Below, piece by piece: positions 18,418 through 28,473 of a stretch of 64,000 nt of DNA. Both the position numbers and the translations under genes were made by a program. Below the pieces are notes generated by a model that was given only the letters and a program-made list of their open reading frames with translations, searched no databases and was not told the DNA's origin. Position 1 is the stretch's first letter. Every line of letters starts with the position of its first letter. This DNA comes from Microcoleaceae cyanobacterium (GTDB taxonomy: Bacteria > Cyanobacteriota > Cyanobacteriia > Cyanobacteriales > Microcoleaceae): positions 1-64,000 of the forward strand of contig JBOFUV010000052.1 of assembly GCA_051652765.1 (NCBI GenBank), read 5' to 3'.

Positions 18418-20913
18418 CTATTTTAAGTAAGCAATTGTCACCCCTGAACCCCCATCAGCTTGAGTTGCCAGCTCAAAGCGTTCGATCTGAGGATGTTGTC
18501 CGAGGAACTCCTGAATCCCTCGTCGCAATTGTCCGGTTCCTTTCCCATGGATGATCCATAATGCTCCAAAGTCTATCACCTGACCGAGTGCCCGATCTAA
18601 CTCGATTTCTGCATCCGAGATCCGTTTCCCCCTCAGATCAACCGTGTTCTGGGAGGTTCGAACTAGAGGTCGGCTCGGGACTGGAACAGTATTCCTGTCT
18701 GAATGCCTGTCTGAATTCCTGTCTGAATTTCCTCCTTTAACCTCGCCCTTGCGACTAGAGGGTGGCAACTCGGCTTTTTGGCCATCCAAAGACTCAATCT
18801 CTGCCAACCCCACGTTCATTTTCATGATGCCAAACCGGACAGTCAGTTGACCCGTCTCATCAGGTTCCGTCAACACTTCTGCGGTCTGACCGAGGCTCGG
18901 AATCCGAATGCGATCGCCCACCTTCGGCAGAAATCCTGGCTTGGGCTTTGCAGCCTTTTTCTGGGAAGGCAGATATTTCTCCGCAATTTGGTTAATGGCT
19001 CCTGTAGCAGCTTGGGCATCTTGGGCTGTGGGTTCACCCTGTTGGAGGCGACGAATCACCTGGGCAATCTCGGTTTTAGCCTGCAAGAGAGCTTCTTGAA
19101 CTGCCTGTTCCTGGGCATGTTTCAAGTCCTGTTCCCGCTGTTGCAACGAGGCCGCTTTTCGAGTCAGCTCTTGATGGAGCCGTTCTGTTTCCTGGAGTAA
19201 CTTTCCGGCTGCCGTGGCCCGAGTTTCCTGCTGTTGTCGTTGGGCCTCTAACCCAGCAATGACCTGATTCACATCCTGGGAAGCGCCTCCCACATAGGAT
19301 ACCGCCTGATCTAGGACAACGGTGCTTAACCCCAGACGTTTGGCAATGGTTAAGGCATTGGAGCGCCCTGGAATTCCCCACAACAGCCGATAGGTCGGTT
19401 GCAAGGAGGCTTCATCAAACTCAACGGAGGCATTTTCAAAGCGTTCATCCTGGTACTTTAGGGCTTTAAGTTCTCCAAAGTGAGTGGTGGCAATGGTTAG
19501 CCGCGTCAGGCTGGCTAGGTGTTGGAGCAGGGCGATCGCTAGGGCACTGCCCTCTGAGGGATCAGTTCCGGCCCCAACTTCATCTAGCAGGACTAGGGCT
19601 TCGTTAAAATTTGGTGTGTCATCGGCGGGAATTGCTGCTAGAATTCGGCTGATCCGACGAATATGACCTGAAAAGGTGGACAGATTTTGTTCGATGGATT
19701 GTTCATCCCCGATATCCGCTAAAACCTGGTCGAACCAGGGCAATTCCACAGGTTCCCTGGCGGGGATAAACAGCCCTACTTTGGCCATCAAAGCCACTAA
19801 ACCCAGCGTTTTCAGGGTGACTGTTTTGCCGCCTGTATTGGGCCCAGTAATTGCAACGACTCGAATCTGAGGCCGAACGGTCACATCAATCGGAACGACT
19901 GCGATGTCCTGTTCATGCTGATACTGCCAAACCAATAGGGGATGACGCAGTTGCCGCAGGGTAATATGACCATCCGTTGTAGGGGTCTGGACGGGAGGAA
20001 TGCCATTCCCCAGTTCTGGGGTTGCTTTCAAATTGGTAAAGCTGGGGGGATTGGCTTCTAGCCACAGGCTGTAACGGGCTTTGGCAACCGCCAGATCGAT
20101 TTTGGTGCAGATCACCAGCAACTCTTCTAGATCTGGCTTCACCACTGCAACCTGTTCACTCAGGACTCGTCGGACAGCTTCCTCCTCCCGTTGCTCTTGG
20201 CGCTGGAGTTGGCGCAGTTGGTTGTTGAGTTCGATGATCGCCTTAGGTTCGATGTAGAGGGTTGACCCCGTTGAAGAAGTATCATGAACAATACCCGGAA
20301 TGGCATCTTTTTGAGGGGCTTTAACCGGAATCACAAAGCGATCGCCCCGCTGAGTGATCAAGGGCTGTTGAATGGCATTGGCTTGCTGTTGCAAGATCCG
20401 CTGTAACACTTGATAGATGCGATCCCGAAATTGCCGGAGCTTGTTGCGAATGTCCGTGAGTTTGGGATTGGCCCGATCCGTGACATCTCCCCGATCATCG
20501 ATGCAGCGGTGAATTTCTTGCTCGAGTTCAGGGTAAGTTCTGAGCTCTTCCACTAAGGCATCCAGGACAGGCACGTCTTCCTGGGCATCAATTGTTCGGC
20601 GCAATTGTCTTGCTCCTGCCAAGGTGGTTGCTAGGGCTAGCAATTCTTCCCCTGACAAAATGCCTTGATGTTCAGTGCGGTCTAGGGCCGCCCCAATGTC
20701 CTGAATCCCCTCGAATGTCAGCCCCTTGACCAACCGCAATTCCAACTGATAAGCTTCCCTTGTTTGGGCCAATAGCTCTAAGGTTTCTGAGGCCACTGTC
20801 GGAATCTGGAGTTGACGGGCGACGATTGCCCCTAACTTAGTTGAGGTAAAGGTTGACAAGTGTTGACATAAACGTTGCCATTCGAGGAGGTCTAGGGTTT
20901 CTGCCTGAATCAA
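18418..20913 (-). CDS. mutS2: endonuclease MutS2
   Basis: 'ITGPNTGGKTV', 'DIGDEQSIEQNLSTFSGH', 'LLDEVGAGTDP', C-terminal Smr 'IIHGKGTG'. Confidence 0.97.
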   Translation of the reverse strand: MIQAETLDLLEWQRLCQHLSTFTSTKLGAIVARQLQIPTVASETLELLAQTREAYQLELRLVKGLTFEGIQDIGAALDRTEHQGILSGEELLALATTLAGARQLRRTIDAQEDVPVLDALVEELRTYPELEQEIHRCIDDRGDVTDRANPKLTDIRNKLRQFRDRIYQVLQRILQQQANAIQQPLITQRGDRFVIPVKAPQKDAIPGIVHDTSSTGSTLYIEPKAIIELNNQLRQLQRQEQREEEAVRRVLSEQVAVVKPDLEELLVICTKIDLAVAKARYSLWLEANPPSFTNLKATPELGNGIPPVQTPTTDGHITLRQLRHPLLVWQYQHEQDIAVVPIDVTVRPQIRVVAITGPNTGGKTVTLKTLGLVALMAKVGLFIPAREPVELPWFDQVLADIGDEQSIEQNLSTFSGHIRRISRILAAIPADDTPNFNEALVLLDEVGAGTDPSEGSALAIALLQHLASLTRLTIATTHFGELKALKYQDERFENASVEFDEASLQPTYRLLWGIPGRSNALTIAKRLGLSTVVLDQAVSYVGGASQDVNQVIAGLEAQRQQQETRATAAGKLLQETERLHQELTRKAASLQQREQDLKHAQEQAVQEALLQAKTEIAQVIRRLQQGEPTAQDAQAATGAINQIAEKYLPSQKKAAKPKPGFLPKVGDRIRIPSLGQTAEVLTEPDETGQLTVRFGIMKMNVGLAEIESLDGQKAELPPSSRKGEVKGGNSDRNSDRHSDRNTVPVPSRPLVRTSQNTVDLRGKRISDAEIELDRALGQVIDFGALWIIHGKGTGQLRRGIQEFLGQHPQIERFELATQADGGSGVTIAYLK

Positions 20914-21192
20914 GGTCTTCGCATATTGATCTGTAATGTTTGTATTATATTGTATGTCTTCTCCAAGGGAGTAGCAGTAAGAATCAATGGAGATTTGCTT
21001 TTACATGTTCCATCAGGAAGGCTATGCTCGTGCAAGTAAAATACTTGGATGAGCACATACGTTATAGTTACAGACAGCGATTGCCTGAAGTTTTCTTCAA
21101 ACAATGGGCTCAGTTTCTAACCTGAGAAGTTGACTGAGAGCAAGGTAGAGCCGAGTGCAAGACTAGATGTGCAACCCGGTGATTAGTTGATC

Positions 21193-21206
21193 GTAAAACT
21201 GTTTAC
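21193..21206 (+). promoter_or_regulatory. putative NtcA site upstream of cphA
   Basis: GTA-AAACTGTT-TAC (GTA-N8-TAC), about 100 bp before the cphA ATG. Confidence 0.55.
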
Positions 21207-21309
21207 AGCGAACAGTTTTATTGGATTTCAAGGTTGACATTGAATAGAGTAGCCCGGTGTCCCAGCCAGCTACCCCCAAACTTATTCAGCAATACTCACC
21301 CAGTGCAGC

Positions 21310-24024
21310 ATGAAAATCCTTCGAGTTCAGACTTTACGTGGCCCAAACTACTGGAGCATTAGACGACGCAAACTGATTGTAATGCGACTTGATTTGGAAA
21401 ATTTGACGGAGCGCTACACGTCAGATATCCCCGGTTTCTATGAAGGGTTGATTCAAGTATTACCCAGCTTGGTTGAACACCAATGTTCTCTAGGGGTTCG
21501 GGGAGGATTTTTAACTCGGGTGCAGCGGGGAACCCTCATGGGTCATGTGATTGAACATGTGGCCTTAGAGATCCAAACCCTGGCTGGGATGCCTGTAAAC
21601 TTTGGCCGAACTCGGGAAACATCAACGCCTGGAGTCTTCCAAGTTGTTTACCAGTACGAGAGTGAACGGGCAGGTCAGTATGCGGGTCGCTATGCGGTGC
21701 GGCTCTGTCAGAACCTTGTGGAAGTTGGGGGTTACTCCCAGCAGGATCTGACCCAAGACCTAGAGGATTTGAAAGAGTTGAAAGCTCAGGCAGCACAGGG
21801 CCCCAGTACGGAAGCAATTGTCAGAGAAGCGGAGGCTAGGGGCATTCCTTACCTGGAATTAGACACACGGTATATGTTGCAGTTTGGCTATGGCATCTAT
21901 CAAAAGCGGATTCAGGCAACCCTGACGGGTCAGACTGGAGTGCTAGGGGTGGAGTTGGCCTGTGATAAGGAAGGAACCAAGAAAATTCTCCGTAAAGCTG
22001 GGATTCCAGTTCCCGTCGGCACGGTAATTCATTATCACGAAGAGTTGCAAGAAGCCATTGATTATGTCGGAGGATATCCCGTTGCGATTAAACCGTTAGA
22101 TGGCAATCATGGTCGCGGGATCACGTTAGATGTGACGCTCTGGGAAACGGCAGAGTCTGCCTATGATCAAGCTAGTGTTGCGTCCAAAACCCGCAGCGTG
22201 ATCGTTGAGCGCTTTTATCAAGGGAATGACTACCGAGTTCTGGTGGTGAACGGTACAGTCGTCGCCGTTGCAGAACGAACCCCAGCCCATGTTGTCGGCG
22301 ATGGCCGCTCCACAATTGGAGAATTGATTGAAATCACCAATCGCGATCCCCGCCGAGGAGATGGCCATGACAATGTGTTAACTCGAATTGAGGTGGATAA
22401 AACAGTCCTTTCCCTGATGGCAGAGCAAGGCTATGGCCTAGACTCAGTTCTCCCCATTGGAGAACGGTGTTTTCTGCGGGCAACGGCCAATTTGAGCACG
22501 GGGGGCAGTGCGATTGATCGAACCGATCTTGTTCATCCTGAGAATCTCTGGCTATTCAGCCGGGTTGCCAAAATTATTGGCTTGGATATTGCTGGAATTG
22601 ATGTGATTACCCCGGACATTACCCAACCCCTGCGGGAAGTTGATGGGGTGATTGTCGAGGTTAACGCCGCCCCGGGCTTCCGAATGCATGTGGCTCCCAG
22701 TGAAGGACTGCCTCGGAATGTGGCGGGAGCTGTGATGGATATGCTGTTCTCCAATGGTCAACCCGTTCGTATCCCGATTTTGGCCATTACCGGCACCAAT
22801 GGCAAAACTACAACCACTCGATTGCTGGCTCACATCATCAAGCAAACGGGTAAAGTTGTCGGCTACACCACCACGGATGGAACTTACATTGGGGATTATT
22901 TAGCAGAACCAGGGGATAACACAGGCCCCCAGAGTGCCCATCTGATTTTGTCTGATCCCACCGTGGAAATCGCGGTGTTAGAGGCGGCGCGGGGTGGGAT
23001 TCTACGCTCTGGCCTGGGATTCGATACCTGTGATATCGGGGTGGTCTTGAACGTTGCGGCGGATCATTTGGGTCTGGGTGATATTGACACCATTGAACAG
23101 ATGGCCAAAGTTAAAAGTGTTGTGGCAGAAACAGTGATGCCCAAGGGCTATGCTGTCCTGAATGCGGACGATCCCCTAGTGGCTCCCATGGCGGAACGAG
23201 TCAAAGCTCAGGTGGCCTATTTTTCGATGAATCCAGAGAATGAAATTATTCTCCGGCATACTGCTGCGGGGGGACTGGCGGCGGTTTATGAGAATGGCTA
23301 TCTCTCGATTTTGAAAGGGGACTGGACACTCCGCATCGAACAAGCTGTCAATGTTCCAATTACGATGGCGGGTAAAGCTCCCTTTATGATTGCGAACGCT
23401 CTAGCCGCTTGCCTAACGGCCTTTGCCCAAGGCGTGAAAATTGAACACATTCAACAGGGTTTGGCGACGTTTGTGGCTTCTACAGCTCAAACCCCCGGTC
23501 GCATGAACTTGTTCAACATGGGTGACTACCATGCTCTGATTGACTACGCCCACAACCCCGCAAGCTATGAAGCCCTGGGAGGATTCGTCAAAAATTGGCC
23601 GGGACATCGGATCGGCGTGATTGGGGGGCCGGGCGATCGCCGAGACGAAGATTTTGTCACCCTGGGACAGTTGTCAGCCGAAATATTTGATGAAATCCTA
23701 GTTAAGGAAGACGATGATAATCGAGGCAGGGTTCGGGGGACAGGGGCAAGCTTGATTTGTGAAGGAATTCAGCAGGTACTAAATCAAGTTCCAGAGCCAA
23801 GGGTGAGCTATGAGATTATTCTGAATGAAATTGAAGCGATCAATACGGGGCTGGATCGAGCCCAAACTGGCGGACTAGTCGTGATTTTGCCTGAAAGTGT
23901 GAGTCGGGCTATTCGGTTGATTGAGGATCGCAATCCTGTTTCAGAGAGTCTTTCGTCTCCCAAGATGATGGCTGCTGCAGTTCAATCTGAGGGATTAAGG
24001 CATTCACAGGTGTCAAGCTCCTAA
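21310..24024 (+). CDS. cphA: cyanophycin synthetase CphA1
   Basis: 'MKILRVQTLRGPNYWS', Cx19HxxEH N-domain motif, ATP-grasp 'KPLDGNHGRG', 'EVNAAPGFRMH', Mur-ligase 'GTNGKTTT'. Confidence 0.98.
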   Translation: MKILRVQTLRGPNYWSIRRRKLIVMRLDLENLTERYTSDIPGFYEGLIQVLPSLVEHQCSLGVRGGFLTRVQRGTLMGHVIEHVALEIQTLAGMPVNFGRTRETSTPGVFQVVYQYESERAGQYAGRYAVRLCQNLVEVGGYSQQDLTQDLEDLKELKAQAAQGPSTEAIVREAEARGIPYLELDTRYMLQFGYGIYQKRIQATLTGQTGVLGVELACDKEGTKKILRKAGIPVPVGTVIHYHEELQEAIDYVGGYPVAIKPLDGNHGRGITLDVTLWETAESAYDQASVASKTRSVIVERFYQGNDYRVLVVNGTVVAVAERTPAHVVGDGRSTIGELIEITNRDPRRGDGHDNVLTRIEVDKTVLSLMAEQGYGLDSVLPIGERCFLRATANLSTGGSAIDRTDLVHPENLWLFSRVAKIIGLDIAGIDVITPDITQPLREVDGVIVEVNAAPGFRMHVAPSEGLPRNVAGAVMDMLFSNGQPVRIPILAITGTNGKTTTTRLLAHIIKQTGKVVGYTTTDGTYIGDYLAEPGDNTGPQSAHLILSDPTVEIAVLEAARGGILRSGLGFDTCDIGVVLNVAADHLGLGDIDTIEQMAKVKSVVAETVMPKGYAVLNADDPLVAPMAERVKAQVAYFSMNPENEIILRHTAAGGLAAVYENGYLSILKGDWTLRIEQAVNVPITMAGKAPFMIANALAACLTAFAQGVKIEHIQQGLATFVASTAQTPGRMNLFNMGDYHALIDYAHNPASYEALGGFVKNWPGHRIGVIGGPGDRRDEDFVTLGQLSAEIFDEILVKEDDDNRGRVRGTGASLICEGIQQVLNQVPEPRVSYEIILNEIEAINTGLDRAQTGGLVVILPESVSRAIRLIEDRNPVSESLSSPKMMAAAVQSEGLRHSQVSSS

Positions 24025-24042
24025 GGATTTTGTTGGGCTGTC

Positions 24043-25095
24043 TCAGCAAATTTCTCTAGCCAATTGCTCTAGCAAGCACTGGTTCTGATCCTCGGTTCCC
24101 ACGGTAATTCGGAGCTTGTCTGCCAATCCTGGTTGCTGGAAGTAACGCACTAAAATCCCCCGTGCTTTCAAGGCTTGATGCAGGAACTCTGCATTGCCTC
24201 TGGGAGGGGTCGCCAACACAAAGTTACCCTGGGATTCAAGGACAGTAAATCCAAGCTTCCTGAGGCTCTGGGTTAAGGCTCTTCTGGATTGTTTGACCTG
24301 CTCCACACAGGCATTTTTATAGGCTTGATCTCGCATTGCAGCGGTTCCAACGGCGATCGCGATCGCATCAATGTTGTAGCTGTCCTTGACTTTGAATAGC
24401 CCGGTCAGTAACTGCGGATTGGCAATCCCAAACCCCATTCGCAGACCGGCCAACGAATAGCCTTTAGACAGGGTTCTGAGCACTATCACATTTTCTGATT
24501 CCTGAACCAAAGACAGGGCAGAGGTTTCAGCAAAATCAACATAGGCTTCATCCACTACAACTATGCCTGAAACGTTCTGAGCCAGTTCCCGCAAGTCTTC
24601 CAGGGGTACAACATGACCGGAAGGACTATTGGGAGAAGCAATAAACGTCACGGCTCCTTGTGCGGCAATTAATTCTGGGATTGGGAGTTGAAAGTTAGCA
24701 GGATAGGGAATTTCAACCACCGTTGCGGGCTGGATTGCAGCCAGAGTCCGATACAACACATAGGTGGGCATCGGATAAACTACCTTGCGATTCTGCCCTT
24801 CAGCACAGGCGCGGATCAGTACATTCAATAGTTCATCACTGCCGTTGCCCACAATCACCCAATCGGCTGGAATATCTAGCACATCGCTAATGGCCTGACA
24901 AAACGCTTCGGCAAAGGGATCGGGGTACCGTCTCAACCCTTCACTATCTAGGCTCCGCAGCACCTCCATCGCCTTTGGAGACGGAGGATAGGGATTTTCA
25001 TTGGTGTTCAGCTTAATGACGGTTGTTCCAGGTTTGGGTTGCTCCCCTGGAATATAGCCCTTCATGGCTTCAATGGCAGGACGAAAATAGGTCAT
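24043..25095 (-). CDS. hisC: histidinol-phosphate aminotransferase
   Basis: 'Y.PGEQP...KLNTNENPY', GNGSDE, DEAYVDF, 'RTLSKGYSLAGLR.G'. Confidence 0.95.
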   Translation of the reverse strand: MTYFRPAIEAMKGYIPGEQPKPGTTVIKLNTNENPYPPSPKAMEVLRSLDSEGLRRYPDPFAEAFCQAISDVLDIPADWVIVGNGSDELLNVLIRACAEGQNRKVVYPMPTYVLYRTLAAIQPATVVEIPYPANFQLPIPELIAAQGAVTFIASPNSPSGHVVPLEDLRELAQNVSGIVVVDEAYVDFAETSALSLVQESENVIVLRTLSKGYSLAGLRMGFGIANPQLLTGLFKVKDSYNIDAIAIAVGTAAMRDQAYKNACVEQVKQSRRALTQSLRKLGFTVLESQGNFVLATPPRGNAEFLHQALKARGILVRYFQQPGLADKLRITVGTEDQNQCLLEQLAREIC

Positions 25096-25331
25096 GGTGA
25101 AATTACAGACTGAGAAATTACAAACTGAATTGTGAGGATTGAATCATACCAAATCCTGTCGCTAAAGCAAGATTACACCCTGCTACTGCGGTGTATACCG
25201 AGCTGGAAGGGTTCCTACCAACTGACATAACCCTTCGATTTTATGACGGTTAGGTACTGACCTCAGTAAAAACTGATTGACTGCCTGAAAAACTTGATTT
25301 AATCTTTAACAGAGATCAAAACACTAAAGAC

Positions 25332-25988
25332 ATGATTGTTTCATTCATTAATCTAAAGGGAGGATGTGCAAAATCCACGAGTGCAGTGCATTTAAGTCGA
25401 TGGTTGCTGAGTGCTGAACAGGGGTCTGAACGTGCGGTAGCCTTGATTGACACTGATCCCCTGGTGACTAGCTCTAGCTGGATTGAACATCTAGAGGAAG
25501 ATATTGCTCAGCCCAAAGTATTTCAGATGACTGATCCACAGGTTTTGTTGCAGGAGTTGCCCAGGCTAGTGGGAGAATTCAACACCATTGTGATTGACAG
25601 TGTGAGCGGGTCAATCGAGATTCAGCAGGCCATTTTACAAGCAGTAGATTTAGGATTAATTCCTTTGCAACCCAGTATTTTGGATATTTCAGCAACTCAC
25701 CAAACCCTGCAAGCTGTTCGTCATGCTCGGCAAGTCCGCAGAAATCCCCTTAAAGCCTTCACTTTTTTAGTTCGAGTCACTCCCAAGAGCATACTTTTGG
25801 AAGAAGCTCAAGAAATTTTACAGTCCTATCAGGACATTCCCTTGCTGTCTACAACAATTCCCCAACGTCAGGTGGTTGCTGATGCTATGGGGCAGAATAA
25901 AACTCTGTTTGACTACAAGGGCGATCGCAATGCAACTGCAATGAGTCGTTGCTATGAAAAATTATTTAAGGAGGCTGGACTAAGATGA
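25332..25988 (+). CDS. parA: ParA-family Walker ATPase (short, type Ib/ParF-like)
   Basis: Deviant Walker A 'NLKGGCAKST', 'LIDTDP', 'LIPLQPSILD'; no N-terminal HTH. Confidence 0.85.
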   Translation: MIVSFINLKGGCAKSTSAVHLSRWLLSAEQGSERAVALIDTDPLVTSSSWIEHLEEDIAQPKVFQMTDPQVLLQELPRLVGEFNTIVIDSVSGSIEIQQAILQAVDLGLIPLQPSILDISATHQTLQAVRHARQVRRNPLKAFTFLVRVTPKSILLEEAQEILQSYQDIPLLSTTIPQRQVVADAMGQNKTLFDYKGDRNATAMSRCYEKLFKEAGLR

Positions 25989-26299
25989 CTAGCGATCGCA
26001 AAAAAATGAGCCAGGTTGCCCCACAGTTTATGGGTTCAAATCTTATGGGTTCAAATCTGTCTGATGTCAATCCAACCGTCGTTGCATCTGAAGCAGTTCA
26101 GCCAGAATCCTCGGAAGAGTCTCTCCGCACTGAACTGCTTGGCAATCTGACAGCAGAAGAGCCAACCATCCGATTAACCGTTGATCTTCCCCGAGCCTTG
26201 CATCGTCGATTGAATCAACTCTCTTTAGATTCTGGCAAACCAAAATCAGAACTTGCCCGGATTATGATTCGGCGATCGCTAGAGAGTGTTGATTACTAG
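25985..26299 (+). CDS. ribbon-helix-helix (CopG/ParG-like) protein, translationally coupled to parA
   Basis: ATGA overlap; disordered N-terminus plus 'IRLTVDLPRALHRRL...GKPKSELAR' RHH pattern. Confidence 0.75.
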   Translation: MTSDRKKMSQVAPQFMGSNLMGSNLSDVNPTVVASEAVQPESSEESLRTELLGNLTAEEPTIRLTVDLPRALHRRLNQLSLDSGKPKSELARIMIRRSLESVDY

Positions 26300-26312
26300 A
26301 AGTTCAAATCAA

Positions 26313-26795
26313 TCAAACCAAATGATAAAGGATTGTACCCGTTTCCTGGTCATTCCCCATATCCAGGAGCCCGTCTTTATAGAGCCGACTTAAAAGCTGC
26401 TTGACTTCCTGAATCGGCTTTTCTGTGGCCAAAACACACTCGGCTACAGAGACTCCTTGAGGATGATCTTTCGCAAGCTTGAGAATTTTATACGTGTCTG
26501 ATTTTTGAACGTTGGGAGGGATTTTTTGCTTTAGATCTTCGACCTGATCTAGAACCAATTCATGGGTTAAATAGCTCTGACCCACTTGTGTTTGAGCCAG
26601 TTGATATTTTAGATTTTCCTTGTCTACCATCCCTGGAATGAAAAACAAATCCAGAAATTGGCCAATGCCCAAGAACCCCCCAGTTACCAGCCAGATTATG
26701 CCTGAAATATATTTTTTTGAATAAAACCGATGCAGACCACAAACTCCAAAGAAGCAGCTACACCAAAGCAAATAAGCCAATCCAGTATTTCTCAT
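26313..26795 (-). CDS. TM2/NINE domain membrane protein
   Basis: 'AYLLW...GLHRFY..K..SGIIWL.TGG.LGIGQ..DLFFIP.MV'. Confidence 0.85.
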   Translation of the reverse strand: MRNTGLAYLLWCSCFFGVCGLHRFYSKKYISGIIWLVTGGFLGIGQFLDLFFIPGMVDKENLKYQLAQTQVGQSYLTHELVLDQVEDLKQKIPPNVQKSDTYKILKLAKDHPQGVSVAECVLATEKPIQEVKQLLSRLYKDGLLDMGNDQETGTILYHLV

Positions 26796-27450
26796 TATTC
26801 CTTCTCCTACCTTAGACAAAGCTTGTACTTTGACTCAATCATGCAAGATCTACTCGGCATTTGATATCCTTCAACGGAGTCATCCAAGTCGGTGATACCA
26901 AATAACCCTTGTCTACCATTTTACCAATGTGCAAGTTTCAACCTAGAGTTATGAGCCTTGAATTAAGTACAGTTTAAACAGTTCTACATCTCGATTTCTA
27001 GGAAATCCGGAAAGAAAACCAGTCGATTTATTGCTGTTTATAATTATTGCTTTTGATAAAAGGGATGTCAGTAGGCATAATTAATTAGAAGACCCTCGGC
27101 GATCGCCTGGGATTAGGCAAAGGCTAGGCAAAGGCTTTGTGTTTAAATTGATTAATTCCCCCTACTGATCAACAATTGTGATGACACTGAGGAACTTCTA
27201 AATCTATCCGGACGGCAAGAGACGTGAAACGAATGAACTTAAAAACTCTTGCGGCAGCAAGCTTGGTTGTAAGCGGTCTCAATTCTTTTGGGACAATTCT
27301 TTTGGGAAACCCTATTCAAGGCAGTGAGTGGATAGATGATTGTCAAAATTGACTTCTGGCCGCTACTCTTCTATGTTGAGTAAATCCAGATCGGGGTGAA
27401 TTCTGCAATCTCTACTACTGACATTACTAAATCTCCCCCTAGGGCATCTC

Positions 27451-28473
27451 ATGAAAAATATCCTCTCCCATCTTGCCGCCTTTCAAGCCCATGATATTGA
27501 CTGGATGATCACAACGGGCCAAATTGTAAATTTATATGAGGGCCAGACTTTAGTTGAAGCTAGCACTCAATTTGAGGCATTGTACATCCTGCTGGATGGC
27601 AGTTTAGTGATTCAAGTCCCATCCACTTCTATTCATACTCAAGGCCAAGAGTTTACGCAACTCTCTCCTGGAGAATTGATTGGAGATCTATGCTTCATTG
27701 ACCGCAAGCCAGCAGCAATTACAGTCAAAGCCCTGAGCACCTCTCAGATTCTCGCCTTGCCTCAGTTAGAACTTTCAAACAAGCTGAGGGTTGACATCAC
27801 CTTTGCGACCGCATTTTATCAAACCCTGGCGAGCCATCTCTCGAGCAAGTTACGAGCGTTGTCAGATTTATTAGCTCGGAATCGAATCGCGTCTAGTCCT
27901 TCTCTGCAAAAAGTGTTGTTTGTATTTGCGATTCTCAACGATAGCGACTTAGATTGGATGATTACCTATGGAACTCGAGAAGCTGTAGGAACAGGAACCC
28001 CAATTATTGAGGCAGGTCAGGTAGTCGAATCGATTTCGATTTTGTTGGAAGGCAGCCTGGGAATTTTTATTCCAACAACGGTTGATGAAAAGCGCTTAGA
28101 TCTTGCGATCGCCAAGTCTGTTCCTGGAGAAATTCTGGGAGAAATGTCCTTTGTCGAAACCAAGAAAGCTTCGGCAACGGTTAAAGCGTTGGAAGACTCG
28201 CTCTTACTCACCTTGCCGCAAGAACTGCTGATGGAAAAAATGCAGCAGGATCAGGGGTTTTGTATGCGGTTTTATCTGGCGATCGCCACAATCCTGGCAG
28301 ACCGACTCCGCACCCAGCTCTGTAGCTATAAGCTGGGACAAATTTCCCCGAACGGGACTGCCCTTGTACTCAACTCCTCAGAGAATCATCAGGAACTGGA
28401 CTTTGCCGTGCTGGAAACAATGGCGATCGCTGGAACTCGGTTTGATTGGATGTTTAAGCGACTCATGAGTTAA
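27451..28473 (+). CDS. tandem cyclic-nucleotide-binding domain protein (bacteriocin-transport-associated type)
   Basis: Two cNMP domains ('DIDWM...GELIGDLCFID' and 'DLDWM...GEILGEMSFVE'), C-terminal 'AG.RFDW'. Confidence 0.8.
   Translation: MKNILSHLAAFQAHDIDWMITTGQIVNLYEGQTLVEASTQFEALYILLDGSLVIQVPSTSIHTQGQEFTQLSPGELIGDLCFIDRKPAAITVKALSTSQILALPQLELSNKLRVDITFATAFYQTLASHLSSKLRALSDLLARNRIASSPSLQKVLFVFAILNDSDLDWMITYGTREAVGTGTPIIEAGQVVESISILLEGSLGIFIPTTVDEKRLDLAIAKSVPGEILGEMSFVETKKASATVKALEDSLLLTLPQELLMEKMQQDQGFCMRFYLAIATILADRLRTQLCSYKLGQISPNGTALVLNSSENHQELDFAVLETMAIAGTRFDWMFKRLMS

Noticed and set aside
10639..20913. Dedicated DNA repair or defence island (helicase, ssb, ATL, mutS2)
   Set aside because: Mixed orientations interspersed with unrelated genes; all are ordinary cyanobacterial core genes
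25332..26299. McdAB carboxysome-positioning system
   Set aside because: The partner has an RHH DNA-binding pattern and lacks the C-terminal Trp and Gln-rich features of McdB; no ccm or rbc genes nearby
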